NCBI GenBank assembly: GCA_029856365.1
Contig: JAHQWW010000003.1
Location: forward strand, 32,001 to 96,000
Source: Candidatus Hodarchaeota archaeon
GTDB taxonomy: Archaea > Asgardarchaeota > Heimdallarchaeia > Hodarchaeales > Hodarchaeaceae
Length of the DNA stretch: 64,000 nt
Reading direction: 5' to 3'
Part shown: positions 20,647 to 29,871 of the stretch, one piece after another
Layout: the number at the start of each line of letters is the position of its first letter
Numbering within the stretch: the stretch's first letter is position 1
The notes under the pieces: model-generated
The model's database searches: none
The model's input: the letters and a program-made list of their open reading frames with translations, nothing else
What the model was told of the DNA's origin: nothing
Translations under genes and position numbers: made by a program

Positions 20647-21978
20647 TTAAATATTAAGTTTATTAGGCATATTACTATTATCATTATTGTTTGAGTCAGG
20701 TTTTACTTGATATTCTAACACCTGCTCACTGACTAGTTTCAATAGTCCTACTCCTTTAGTAGAATCACCGACCATGAAGAGAGAAGTATCTTTCGTGTTA
20801 TTTGTTGCCCACCTTAATGCAATGGCGTTCGATCCATGTTGGGACAATACCATTTGAACCAAATCAGTACGAAACAATCGTGAGCTAATATTGTTAATTG
20901 CTATGAAAATCTGGCATATAAACGCATGTTTTCTTGCTACACGAATAGTGCTAGCGCGGAGTGTGTCAACTTTGTCCATACTACACCGTAAAAGGGAAAC
21001 ATCTGTAATAATTGGTTTAAAGCTTTTGAGTAATTCGAAACTCTTATCTAAAAACTGATTTTGAGGATATAGTTTGATTTCATCATTAATTGACATTGAA
21101 TATCTCGAAATATAAGGTTGTGAAATATTCGAGCCTTGTATATTCAAATGCCATAAAATTTCCCGAAAGGTTCTGAATAAACTCCCAAGGCGCCCTTTGC
21201 CTGAACTAAATGCAATGATAAAATTATTCCTAATATATATTAAATAGAATTGTTGATTACTGTAAGTTTTCCCATGTATTTCGATGGGAAGCGCATCAAA
21301 GAAGGTTCCAAATGTCTTTAACTCACGCTCATAATCTTGTAGGAGTGTAGGAATTGTATTCACTAAAGAAATTATATCTGGAGACAGAATGATGTTATGA
21401 AGAGCTCGAATGGTTCCATCTGAAACCAAAACCGTCTCCGTATCTGTACAAATTTCACTAATTCGATTTTGAAGGGTATGATCAATTTTAGTTAAAAGAA
21501 CTTTCCTAATGTTACTGAACACCTTGTTTAATGAATAGGCTTCTTGCTTACTGTTGTTTTGAAATTTTATTTCTCGGATGGCTTCTTGAAGAATATTTGA
21601 GAAAGCAAGAGAATGTTGCAATAATTTGTCCTGATGAATGCGTGGGATAAATAGCATGAAACTTTCAATTCGATTTTTTCCTCTAGCTTTAGGATCCTCA
21701 ATTGTGAAAGAGTGGATCAATACACGGCCGCGGATACCTGTAACATTGATTGGTATTATTGCAGTCTCAGACTCTCCTGTTGGTTCACCCACACCAATTG
21801 CCATCGTAAATAACGTTGTTGTGATACCTTGAAGAATAATTGTCGGGATTTCTAACTCATGGGTCAAATGAGATTTTAATACAGGACCATGTTCTTCATC
21901 AAAGACTATATGGGCCAAAAAAAATTGAATAGGAATATCTTCTGACGTTTCGGAAGTTCCCATGATATTAGGTCTCAC
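20647..21978 (-). CDS. uDENN/longin (folliculin/SMCR8-like) domain protein with degenerate roadblock-like C-terminal domains
   Basis: 'HIVFDEEHGP' and 'HSFTIEDPKARGKNR' motifs. Confidence 0.72.
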   Translation of the reverse strand: MRPNIMGTSETSEDIPIQFFLAHIVFDEEHGPVLKSHLTHELEIPTIILQGITTTLFTMAIGVGEPTGESETAIIPINVTGIRGRVLIHSFTIEDPKARGKNRIESFMLFIPRIHQDKLLQHSLAFSNILQEAIREIKFQNNSKQEAYSLNKVFSNIRKVLLTKIDHTLQNRISEICTDTETVLVSDGTIRALHNIILSPDIISLVNTIPTLLQDYERELKTFGTFFDALPIEIHGKTYSNQQFYLIYIRNNFIIAFSSGKGRLGSLFRTFREILWHLNIQGSNISQPYISRYSMSINDEIKLYPQNQFLDKSFELLKSFKPIITDVSLLRCSMDKVDTLRASTIRVARKHAFICQIFIAINNISSRLFRTDLVQMVLSQHGSNAIALRWATNNTKDTSLFMVGDSTKGVGLLKLVSEQVLEYQVKPDSNNNDNSNMPNKLNI

Positions 21979-22168
21979 CTTTTACTTGTTGAAACCAAAT
22001 TGAAAAGGATTCTCAGTCTTTGTGTGAAATCAATCTCTATCTAGAATCTACCTATATCCTCAATTAAGTGTTTTTCATTACTTATACGAAAATATTTCTT
22101 TCTTGGATCAAGAGAAAATAACATCTTTAAATGTGATAAAACATTATTGACATAAGAAAGTAATAAAT

Positions 22169-22465
22169 CTAAGATTCAGACTCTTTCTTCTTTATCAAAT
22201 CGATTATATCCTCCCATTCTTGCTCTTGCTTTTGTTTTTTTGGAGGATTTAAACGATTTTCTACTCCTAGAATATCTAACGCCCATTGGCGCTCTTTTTC
22301 ACGTTTTTGCAACTTCTTTTTTTTTCGATGTTCAGCTGCATTGATCCAAGTCTCTAATGCTGCTTCCTGTATTCCACATTTAGTACAAACATACAATCTT
22401 TCCTCAGGATTCCAAAAAAGGGTTCCATTCTTGCAATTAGGGCAAGGAATTCTTGAATCGCGCAC
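22169..22465 (-). CDS. small zinc-ribbon protein with basic helix
   Basis: CPNC...CTKCG. Confidence 0.75.
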   Translation of the reverse strand: MRDSRIPCPNCKNGTLFWNPEERLYVCTKCGIQEAALETWINAAEHRKKKKLQKREKERQWALDILGVENRLNPPKKQKQEQEWEDIIDLIKKKESES

Positions 22466-22486
22466 AGGAGGCTTAGACAGAGCTGT

Positions 22487-22981
22487 TCACTTCTCCATTG
22501 ACAGAATGTTATCTAGTTCTTTCTGAGTAATAGATAAGGATGAAATTTGTGATTGAGGACGCTTTGAAGGAGGCCATTGTTGTATTATCTGCATTATTGA
22601 ATCAATAGCTGGGCCAATTATCAACTTCAAGAGCTCAAGATCCACATAAGGATCTGTCAAGACTCCTAAGAAAGCGATACGCCCAATTGCTCGTAAAAAT
22701 AATTTAAAATTATTTCTTTCTGCAGTGAAAGAAACCCAGGGGGAACTCCCAATTTCGTGTCTAATGGTATCCATGTTCGATTGAATTCCAGCCACTAAAG
22801 AACAGAGAATAAGACTGCTTTCTTTACCTAGCGTACCTTCTAAATTCGCCTCTTCAATTAGAAGTCCATCTGTATCTACACAGAAACCTGAATAAATACC
22901 ATCTAGAGAGTTCACGATGTCAGTTAATACTTGTCGAAGTCCAGTTTTCGATTGTCTTGAATTATCATTGGAAAAGGTCAA
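22487..22981 (-). CDS. roadblock/LC7 (MglB/LAMTOR-like) protein
   Basis: 'LDGIYSGFCVDTDGLLIE', 'FLGVLTDPYVDLELL'. Confidence 0.85.
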   Translation of the reverse strand: MTFSNDNSRQSKTGLRQVLTDIVNSLDGIYSGFCVDTDGLLIEEANLEGTLGKESSLILCSLVAGIQSNMDTIRHEIGSSPWVSFTAERNNFKLFLRAIGRIAFLGVLTDPYVDLELLKLIIGPAIDSIMQIIQQWPPSKRPQSQISSLSITQKELDNILSMEK

Positions 22982-23199
22982 GGATCATCAACCAGATCTT
23001 AGTCATATTGTTGAAGAAACCCTTTATTTAGTTAAGAAAAGACTATAATTGTCTTATATCTGAATCTATTTAATCTTTCTCACGTTTCTGACAATTGAAT
23101 CTATGCTTAATTATGAATATAGATTAAGTAAATCAGGAGAACCACGATAAAAGAGGTGGATAGCTCATAGAGAAACCTCTTTATTATCAAGAGATGGTC

Positions 23200-23207
23200 T
23201 TTATAAA
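23200..23207 (+). promoter_or_regulatory. TATA box of SRP RNA gene
   Basis: TTTATAAA about 21-28 nt upstream of the predicted 5' end. Confidence 0.6.
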
Positions 23208-23227
23208 GGCCCATAAGACAGACTACT

Positions 23228-23534
23228 TGGAACAGTAGGCGGCTGAGGATAGCGGCTCAGCTAAATCGTAACGCTATATGACGAGCTTAATCCCAGAACT
23301 GAGATGCTGAAGCCTGGTAAGGCTCCTTGGTTTGTGCAATGAGAGATCCTCCGACTAGGTGGCTTCTGGCTGAGATTCCTCTGGAGAGAGGAATAAGAAA
23401 GCGAGGTTAAACTGGGTCAGGCATGGGAATGAACAGCCCTAAGACCGAGAGGTTATGCTTTTCGGGTTCGGGTCTTAAGCACGGCTAAGTTCAACCGATC
23501 TAGAGTGGAAGCCCCGAAGTTCTGGTCTGTTCCA
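23228..23534 (+). ncRNA. ffs: signal recognition particle RNA (7S)
   Basis: About 307 nt. Helix 1 TGGAACAG/CTGTTCCA; helix 5 CCAGAACT/AGTTCTGG; helix 6 ATTCCTCT-GGAG-AGAGGAAT (23375-23394); helix 8 GGGTCAGGCAT-GGGA-ATGAACAGCCC (23414-23439); T-run downstream. Confidence 0.92.
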
Positions 23535-23694
23535 CTATCATTTTTAAAATAACAGAGTTAAAGAATTGTATCTCTGGTTTCTTTACTTGTAAGAATCCAT
23601 AAGAGACCTAGAAGAACAGAAATTCAATAATAGAATAATCTTTTTTATTTAACATTGTTAGTATCATTTTCTTCATTGATACAAAAGTTTAAAA

Positions 23695-23747
23695 GTGTCG
23701 CGCGACACGATCAACACGAGCAACACTAACAACACTAACAACATGCA
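23695..23747. repeat. 14-bp palindrome plus five 9-bp direct repeats (putative operator)
   Basis: GTGTCGCGCGACAC, then CGACACGAT/CAACACGAG/CAACACTAA/CAACACTAA/CAACATGCA, directly after TTTAAAA. Confidence 0.7.
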
Positions 23748-23824
23748 CAGGAAAAAACTGTCATTTTAAATTCAATTTTGCTCAAATTTCCCATTAAATA
23801 GTATGAAATTGGTGAAAAAAGAAC

Positions 23825-24103
23825 TTGATGCAAATTTTGCTAGATAAAGAAGAGATCAATAAAGAATTACCAACTATTATTAGTTCAATACCTTTGCCTC
23901 AAAGTGCAAAGAGAATTTTCGAAATTTTATGTCAAGAGGGGCCTCTAACATCAGGAGATTTGGAGAAGAGATGTACCTATTCTGATCGGACAATTAGAAA
24001 CGCCCTGAAGAAGTTAATAGGAATAGGTTTAGTCATAAAAGTTGCTAATTTCAGCGATATGCGAACTTCATTGTTTCATGTTCAAATGATGAATGCTGCA
24101 TGA
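23825..24103 (+). CDS. winged-helix transcriptional regulator
   Basis: 'LPQSAKRIFEILCQEGPLTSGDL...SDRTIRNALKKLIGIGLV...DMR'. Confidence 0.85.
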   Translation: MMQILLDKEEINKELPTIISSIPLPQSAKRIFEILCQEGPLTSGDLEKRCTYSDRTIRNALKKLIGIGLVIKVANFSDMRTSLFHVQMMNAA

Positions 24104-24143
24104 TCCGATTTTGTATTGAATAGCTTATTTTACTTTTCTTTTT

Positions 24144-24758
24144 TTAGAAGAAGAATTTTTCCCCGTAATAATTCCAGAGTATTTTCCAAATCCAACTAAT
24201 GGGCAGTCCTACCACGTTAAAGTAATCTCCCTGTATTTTACTAATTAAAAATGCGCCCAATCCTTGAATTGCATAACCTCCTGCTCTATTTTGCCATTCA
24301 CCCGTTTCCAGGTAATACCGTATCTCTCCTTCTGAGATTATCCTGAATTTTACTAATGTGGAAACTTTAGTCTGGTATTTCACTTTATCGGGGTAAATAA
24401 GAATTGTACAGCCTGTGAGAACCGTATGAGTCTTACCAGACAGTGTTTGTAACATAATTTTCGCTTCATCTCGATCCTTAGGTTTACCTACAATCGTGTG
24501 AGATGGATCAATGACAACTGTGTCACATCCTATAACAATATAATTTTTCTTTTTGTATTGAAGTTGAGAAGCGACTAAAGCTGCCTTTTTCTGAGAAATA
24601 TTTAACACGAACTTTTCAGGATCAGCAGAGAATTCAGTTTCATTGTCATTTTCATCTATTTCACTAGGAAAAACTGTAAAAGGTAATTGAACCTGCTTCA
24701 ATACCTCGGCTCGTGCTGGGGATTGGGATGCAAGAATTATTTCTGGGAAGTGTGACAT
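24144..24758 (-). CDS. maf: Maf-family nucleoside triphosphate pyrophosphatase
   Basis: 'ILASQSPAR', 'GCDTVV', 'GKP', 'LSGKTH', 'AGGYAIQG', 'NVVGLP'. Confidence 0.95.
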   Translation of the reverse strand: MSHFPEIILASQSPARAEVLKQVQLPFTVFPSEIDENDNETEFSADPEKFVLNISQKKAALVASQLQYKKKNYIVIGCDTVVIDPSHTIVGKPKDRDEAKIMLQTLSGKTHTVLTGCTILIYPDKVKYQTKVSTLVKFRIISEGEIRYYLETGEWQNRAGGYAIQGLGAFLISKIQGDYFNVVGLPISWIWKILWNYYGEKFFF

Positions 24759-24909
24759 TTTTTGTTCAATTTTTTGAAATTAAAAAAAAGACTTAAGGAC
24801 TATTCATTTCCTATTGCAAATAGTAATTCTCTGAAAACTCCAAATGATCATCTATTTTTCTTTGGTAAAACTCTTTTTTTCATAAAAAAATAAGGGCTAG
24901 GCAAATAGA

Positions 24910-26109
24910 ATGACAGTAGAGAAAAACATTTTTGATTCTAAGCGAATCGCCATTCGTATGTCTCAGATTCGCCCATCAGGATTGAGAAAATTATTTGATC
25001 TTGAACATAAAATCGCAAAATCCTCTTCTCTCAAGATTCTCTCTTTTGGGCTTGGAAATTTAAATATTCCAACTATGCCTGAGATTATCAATCAATTGAA
25101 AATTGCCCTTGATGATCCTCTTTCTCACCGTTATTCTCCGAATGCTGGACTCTTCGAACTACGAGAGGCATTGGCTGCTAGATATAAAACTGAATATCAT
25201 CTCGATTACTCTACAGATCAAATCGTTGTTACTTCAGGTTGTTTAGAAGCTTTGATTGATACATTCTTTGCTCTTATTAACCCTGGTGATGAAGTTCTCA
25301 TCCAAGATCCTACTTTTGGTTACTATGCTAGCCAAATTACGCTTGCTGGAGGAGTAGTAAGACCAATTCCTTTGAATGACAAATTTGAACTAGAAGCAGA
25401 AGCAGTGAACGAAGCTATCACCTCAAAGACCAAAGCTCTTGTTCTAAACTTCCCATGTAATCCGACTGGTAGTGTAATGAATCGTGAACAGATCCAAGCA
25501 GTAGTCGAAACTGCAACGGATAAAGGAGTTACCATAATATCCGACGAAGCATATGAAGCAATCACATTTAATGGCCACAAACATACATGTGCAGCAGAAA
25601 TTGACTATGATAACGTGATTATTATTTCATCTTTTTCTAAAACTTATTGTATGACTGGTTTTCGTGTTGGTTATGTTATAGCTCCCCCTGAACTTCTTAC
25701 TCCTATTTCATTAGTTCATCAATATAATACTGCTTGTGCAAACAGTCCAGCTCAAATAGCTGCCAGAATTGCTTTACATTCTCCCTCTTCCATTAGGGAG
25801 GCAATGATGGAGACCCTTATAAAAAGGCGTACTGAGACTATTAAAGCTTTTACTTCTGTTAAAGGTATTGAATTAAATTATAATCCACTAGGGGCTTTTT
25901 ACATTTACCCCAACGTCAGAGGCCTAGGGATGAATGGAACAGAATTCTCTGAAATTCTCTTAGAGAATTGTCAGATAATAGTGGTCCCAGGAACAGAATT
26001 TGGAACTGCTACCCCTGACCACGTTCGTGTATCTTATGGTTTTTTAAACCAAGAAGATATCCGAGAAGCAGGCACACGAATTCAATCATACTTTTCAAAA
26101 TCTCATTAA
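24910..26109 (+). CDS. class I/II PLP-dependent aminotransferase
   Basis: 'NFPCNPTG', 'SDEAY', 'SFSKTYCMTGFRVG'. Confidence 0.95.
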   Translation: MTVEKNIFDSKRIAIRMSQIRPSGLRKLFDLEHKIAKSSSLKILSFGLGNLNIPTMPEIINQLKIALDDPLSHRYSPNAGLFELREALAARYKTEYHLDYSTDQIVVTSGCLEALIDTFFALINPGDEVLIQDPTFGYYASQITLAGGVVRPIPLNDKFELEAEAVNEAITSKTKALVLNFPCNPTGSVMNREQIQAVVETATDKGVTIISDEAYEAITFNGHKHTCAAEIDYDNVIIISSFSKTYCMTGFRVGYVIAPPELLTPISLVHQYNTACANSPAQIAARIALHSPSSIREAMMETLIKRRTETIKAFTSVKGIELNYNPLGAFYIYPNVRGLGMNGTEFSEILLENCQIIVVPGTEFGTATPDHVRVSYGFLNQEDIREAGTRIQSYFSKSH

Positions 26110-26230
26110 ACGAAGAAAGGCCTGATTAAGAGTGCATAGGTTTCGTTGTTTTAAATAAATCCTTTATTCTTGACCATTTCTCCAAAATAGAGTCGCAGAA
26201 AATATAAAAAATATTAATTTTATTATTTCT

Positions 26231-27568
26231 ATGAATCTAAAGGTGCAAAACATGTCAGAAAGTAGAGAATTTATTCTTAAAGCTGATGATTTGCCAGATA
26301 AATGGTATAATATCATCCCAGACTTACCAGAACCTCTCCCACCACCTAAAGATCCTCCTGAAGGGTATTCAAGAGTTAAAGACCTGCCCAACATGCTCTT
26401 ACATGAATGTTTAAAACAAGAAATGTCGAATCAGAGATGGATACCCATTCCTGAGGGAATTCGTAACCTATATTTAGCTGCAGGAAGACCAAGACCATTA
26501 TTCAGGGCAAAAAATCTTGAGGAAAAATTAGGGACGCCCGCAAAATTATTCTATAAATCAGAATTTTTTAGCCCAACAGGTAGCCATAAGGTTAACACTG
26601 CCCTTGCTCAAGCTTATTATGCAAAACAAGAAGGCTTTGAACGACTCACAACAGAAACAGGGGCAGGTCAATGGGGTAATGCACTTGCTTATGCTGCGAG
26701 TTTAAATGATCTAGATTGCACTGTTTTTTGGGTTCGAGCTGTTTATCGTTGGAAAGAGCAGAGATTAAAATTCATGCAATTATATGGTGCAGATGTTTAT
26801 GCTTCTCCTAGTAACAAAACGGATTTTGGAAAGAAATTATATAAGGAAGACCCCAACCATAATGGTTCTCTGGGAATTGCTATTTCTGAAGGATTAGAAG
26901 AAGCCAAGAAAGACCCGAAAGCAGTTTATTGTCTTGGCTCTGTATTGAATCATGTTTTAATACATCAATCTATAATAGGCCTTGAAACCAAGGCACAGAT
27001 GGAGCTTGCTGGAACATATCCTGATGTTGTGATTTCGTGTCTTGGTGGGGGTAGCAACTTTGGTGGGATTGCTATTCCCTTCATGCGTGATGTCCTTAAG
27101 AAGAAAACAGAAATTAAGTTTATTGCCTCACAAAGTAAGGCAGCCCCGAATTTACAGGGAGAGTATAAGTATGACTTTGCTGATCACGCAGAAATGACTC
27201 CTATGTTGAAAATGTATTCACTTGGACATCAAGTAACAATGGTACCTATTCGTGGTGATGGTCTTAGATACCATGGCTGTTCACCAATCTTGAGCTTATT
27301 AAGGCATCACGGTTACATTGACACAGTAGCTTATCCAGAAGATGAAAAATATGTTTTTGAGAGGGCTAGAGAGTTTGTACGAGCAGAGGGCTTTCTTCCT
27401 GCACCTGAATCAGCGTACAGTATTACGTGTGCTATAGATGAAGCAATAAAGTGTAAGAAAGAAAATGAGGAAAAAGTTATTGTTTTCAATGTAAGTGGAC
27501 ATGGTTTCATGGACATGGATGGTTATGCTGAGATCCTAGGTTTGAAAAAGCAGCTGGACAGGGCATGA
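26231..27568 (+). CDS. trpB2: tryptophan synthase beta chain 2
   Basis: 'WYNI', 'GSHKVNTA', 'TETGAGQWG', 'GSLGIAISE', 'GGGSNF', 'LRYHG', 'NVSGHG'. Confidence 0.95.
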   Translation: MNLKVQNMSESREFILKADDLPDKWYNIIPDLPEPLPPPKDPPEGYSRVKDLPNMLLHECLKQEMSNQRWIPIPEGIRNLYLAAGRPRPLFRAKNLEEKLGTPAKLFYKSEFFSPTGSHKVNTALAQAYYAKQEGFERLTTETGAGQWGNALAYAASLNDLDCTVFWVRAVYRWKEQRLKFMQLYGADVYASPSNKTDFGKKLYKEDPNHNGSLGIAISEGLEEAKKDPKAVYCLGSVLNHVLIHQSIIGLETKAQMELAGTYPDVVISCLGGGSNFGGIAIPFMRDVLKKKTEIKFIASQSKAAPNLQGEYKYDFADHAEMTPMLKMYSLGHQVTMVPIRGDGLRYHGCSPILSLLRHHGYIDTVAYPEDEKYVFERAREFVRAEGFLPAPESAYSITCAIDEAIKCKKENEEKVIVFNVSGHGFMDMDGYAEILGLKKQLDRA

Positions 27569-27644
27569 AGGGTTCCTGAGAGATGTTGCTCTAATAGCAG
27601 AATCTTTATGAGAAGTTCGATCCTCCCTGTGTAATCTTATATTT

Positions 27645-27857
27645 TCACGCAATCAATCTTCGAGATATATAATCGGATAGCTTCTTGTTACGGGGAATCC
27701 TGGTTACAAACGCATCCATACCACATTCATTGCACTTCAGACGAAGTGTCCCATGATTAACGATGGTACTGATGGTATGAGTATGACACCAAGGGCATAG
27801 AAGCTCTAATTCAGCCCGATGTTGTAGATCTACATTCTCTTCAATTTCGATAGTCAC
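27645..27857 (-). CDS. small zinc-ribbon protein
   Basis: CPWC...CNECG; strong SD AGGAGGT before GTG. Confidence 0.75.
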   Translation of the reverse strand: MTIEIEENVDLQHRAELELLCPWCHTHTISTIVNHGTLRLKCNECGMDAFVTRIPRNKKLSDYISRRLIA

Positions 27858-27880
27858 TTTTTTACCTCCTTTTCTTTATT

Positions 27881-27998
27881 AGGATGGAAAACTGCCCATT
27901 ATGGGTTCATTTTCCGATATAGCTTAGCTATATCACACCAATTCGATTTTGGTGAGCTTTTCCTGTATGGAGATGCAAACTAGTAAAACTAGAGTGCA
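27881..27998 (-). promoter_or_regulatory. structured 5' leader (multi-hairpin RNA element)
   Basis: Three abutting hairpins closed by AGGA/TCCT, plus a fourth hairpin, between a TATA-like box (about 28021-28029, minus strand) and the SD. Confidence 0.55.
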
Positions 27999-28707
27999 GA
28001 TAATTTTTTTTCTTTAGGGTCTATAAAAATGTTATGATTTATGACGAATTTTGTAATTTTATACATATTTTCATGTTAATTTTCATACTGATTAATTTCA
28101 TCTAACAGGTTTATTCTGTGTTTAAAGGATTAATATAATTATATTTTATCACTATTTATTATAAATCTTCCTGTATTGGTAAATCTTATCAATTTCTACG
28201 ATTATGAATTTTTTAAGGGAATAATAGCTCACATCTTATTCATAAACATAAAATTTAGAAAATTTTAAAGCAAATGAATCTAGTATGACCTGGATTGGCA
28301 AAAAAATTCGCTGATTAGCACAGTTACAAGAAAATTCTAGATTAATGATAAAAATCCTTAAAAAAAGATCTATTTAATTTTTACACCTACAAAACTGATG
28401 AAAAATACCTTCATGTGATGTTTAACAAAAAGAATGTGAGGTATCAAGCTATAATTAATATATCATCAGGTTTTTTTCATTGTATTGCATTTGTTAGCAT
28501 TTATTTCTTAAAACATTCTTGTAAAAATTAACAGATCTCCATTTAAAACTACGATATATTGTTTGAGTAAAGATTAAGTAGCAATGTTTTCACTTCATTC
28601 TATAAAAAATTTTTTCATTAAAAAATGTCTTTACTATTTAAAGCAAAATTACCTTGAACCATCCATTAACAAGAAATTTCTAGATTATTTAGAACTGTGT
28701 CCCCAAC

Positions 28708-29871
28708 ATGGCAATTATTCACCAGATATTTAGTAAATTCGCCTTAATTGGAGATGATCTCAGATTAAAGCAGAACGTACTGATTGATATCAATAAGCAA
28801 GGTAGAATTTTAAATATTAATTATAACTCATCGAAAGATGAAAATGATGTAAAATTTTCTTTTCCTCATCATTTGCTTTTACCCAAGTTTATTAACTCTC
28901 ACACACATCTTGGTGATACCGTTTTAAAGGATCAAGCTTTTGGATTGTCTTTAAATGAAGCTGTAGGGATCGGAGGTCGTAAATATCAAGCTAATAAACA
29001 CGAAAGAATCCATAGAATCACTGCAATGAGATCTGCAATAATAGAAATGATCGAAAGTGGTACTTCGGCTTGTTATGATTTCAGAGAAGGCGGATTAAAT
29101 GGAATTATTGAACTCCAAGAAGCTGCAAACGATCTTCCAATTGATCTTCATATCCTTGGGCGACAAAATACCAAGATTGATTTAGATGACGTTCTTTCTC
29201 AATGCGATGGATTGGGATTACCTACTCCTCTTTTCTTTTCCCCGCACGAATTGAATATGATTCAACAACAAACTTCTTCTCGGAATACCTTGGTGGCAAC
29301 ACATGTTGGAGAGGAGCCCCAAGTAATTCAAGAATCTCTAAATCAGTTTGGACTTTCGGATTTACAGGTGGCTTTGAAATACCTTAATCCGAATATTCTG
29401 ATTCATTTAACAGCGTATGATGAAAATGATCTCATTAAAATCCCTTCTTCTAAATTTATTGTTTTTTGTCCCCGATCCAATGCTTATTTCGGACTGGGAT
29501 TTCCACCAATCAACTATTTTCTTAACAAGAAAAATTTGATTGGCTTAGGAACCGATAATGTTATGACAATAGCCCCAAACATATTGGAAGAGCTAAGATG
29601 GCTTGTATTACGATTAAAAGAGCAAGGAATTTCAATTGACCCGGTTCAAGCTCTAAAATTAATTACAATTAACCCCTCAAAAGCATTAAAAATGAAAACA
29701 GGCTGTATCAAAGAAGAATTTTGGGCCGATTTATTAATTATTAATCTTCAAAGCTGTAGAACCGCGTATGGAAAAGATCCAATCATGAGTTTACTCTTTC
29801 GTTGCCTTCTTCCAGAAGATATTTCTCTTAATCTTTTCCACGGAGAAATTGTTTCCAATGAGCTCTTTTAA
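28708..29871 (+). CDS. amidohydrolase-superfamily metallo-deaminase
   Basis: 'NSHTHLGD', 'ATHVGE', 'LIHLT', 'CPRSN', 'GLGTDN'. Confidence 0.9.
   Translation: MAIIHQIFSKFALIGDDLRLKQNVLIDINKQGRILNINYNSSKDENDVKFSFPHHLLLPKFINSHTHLGDTVLKDQAFGLSLNEAVGIGGRKYQANKHERIHRITAMRSAIIEMIESGTSACYDFREGGLNGIIELQEAANDLPIDLHILGRQNTKIDLDDVLSQCDGLGLPTPLFFSPHELNMIQQQTSSRNTLVATHVGEEPQVIQESLNQFGLSDLQVALKYLNPNILIHLTAYDENDLIKIPSSKFIVFCPRSNAYFGLGFPPINYFLNKKNLIGLGTDNVMTIAPNILEELRWLVLRLKEQGISIDPVQALKLITINPSKALKMKTGCIKEEFWADLLIINLQSCRTAYGKDPIMSLLFRCLLPEDISLNLFHGEIVSNELF

Noticed and set aside
23703-23747. CRISPR-like array
   Set aside because: 9-bp units without spacers; no cas genes.
27886-27915. GAA-CCC...GGG-CA hairpin resembling an archaeal SECIS; overall cloverleaf resembling a tRNA
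   Set aside because: No UGA-containing gene nearby, an extra nucleotide in the motif, and no T-loop/D-loop consensus or 7-bp acceptor stem.
28000-28700. Long very AT-rich intergenic region as replication origin
   Set aside because: No ORB-like repeats seen and no orc1/cdc6 nearby; adequately explained by divergent promoters.
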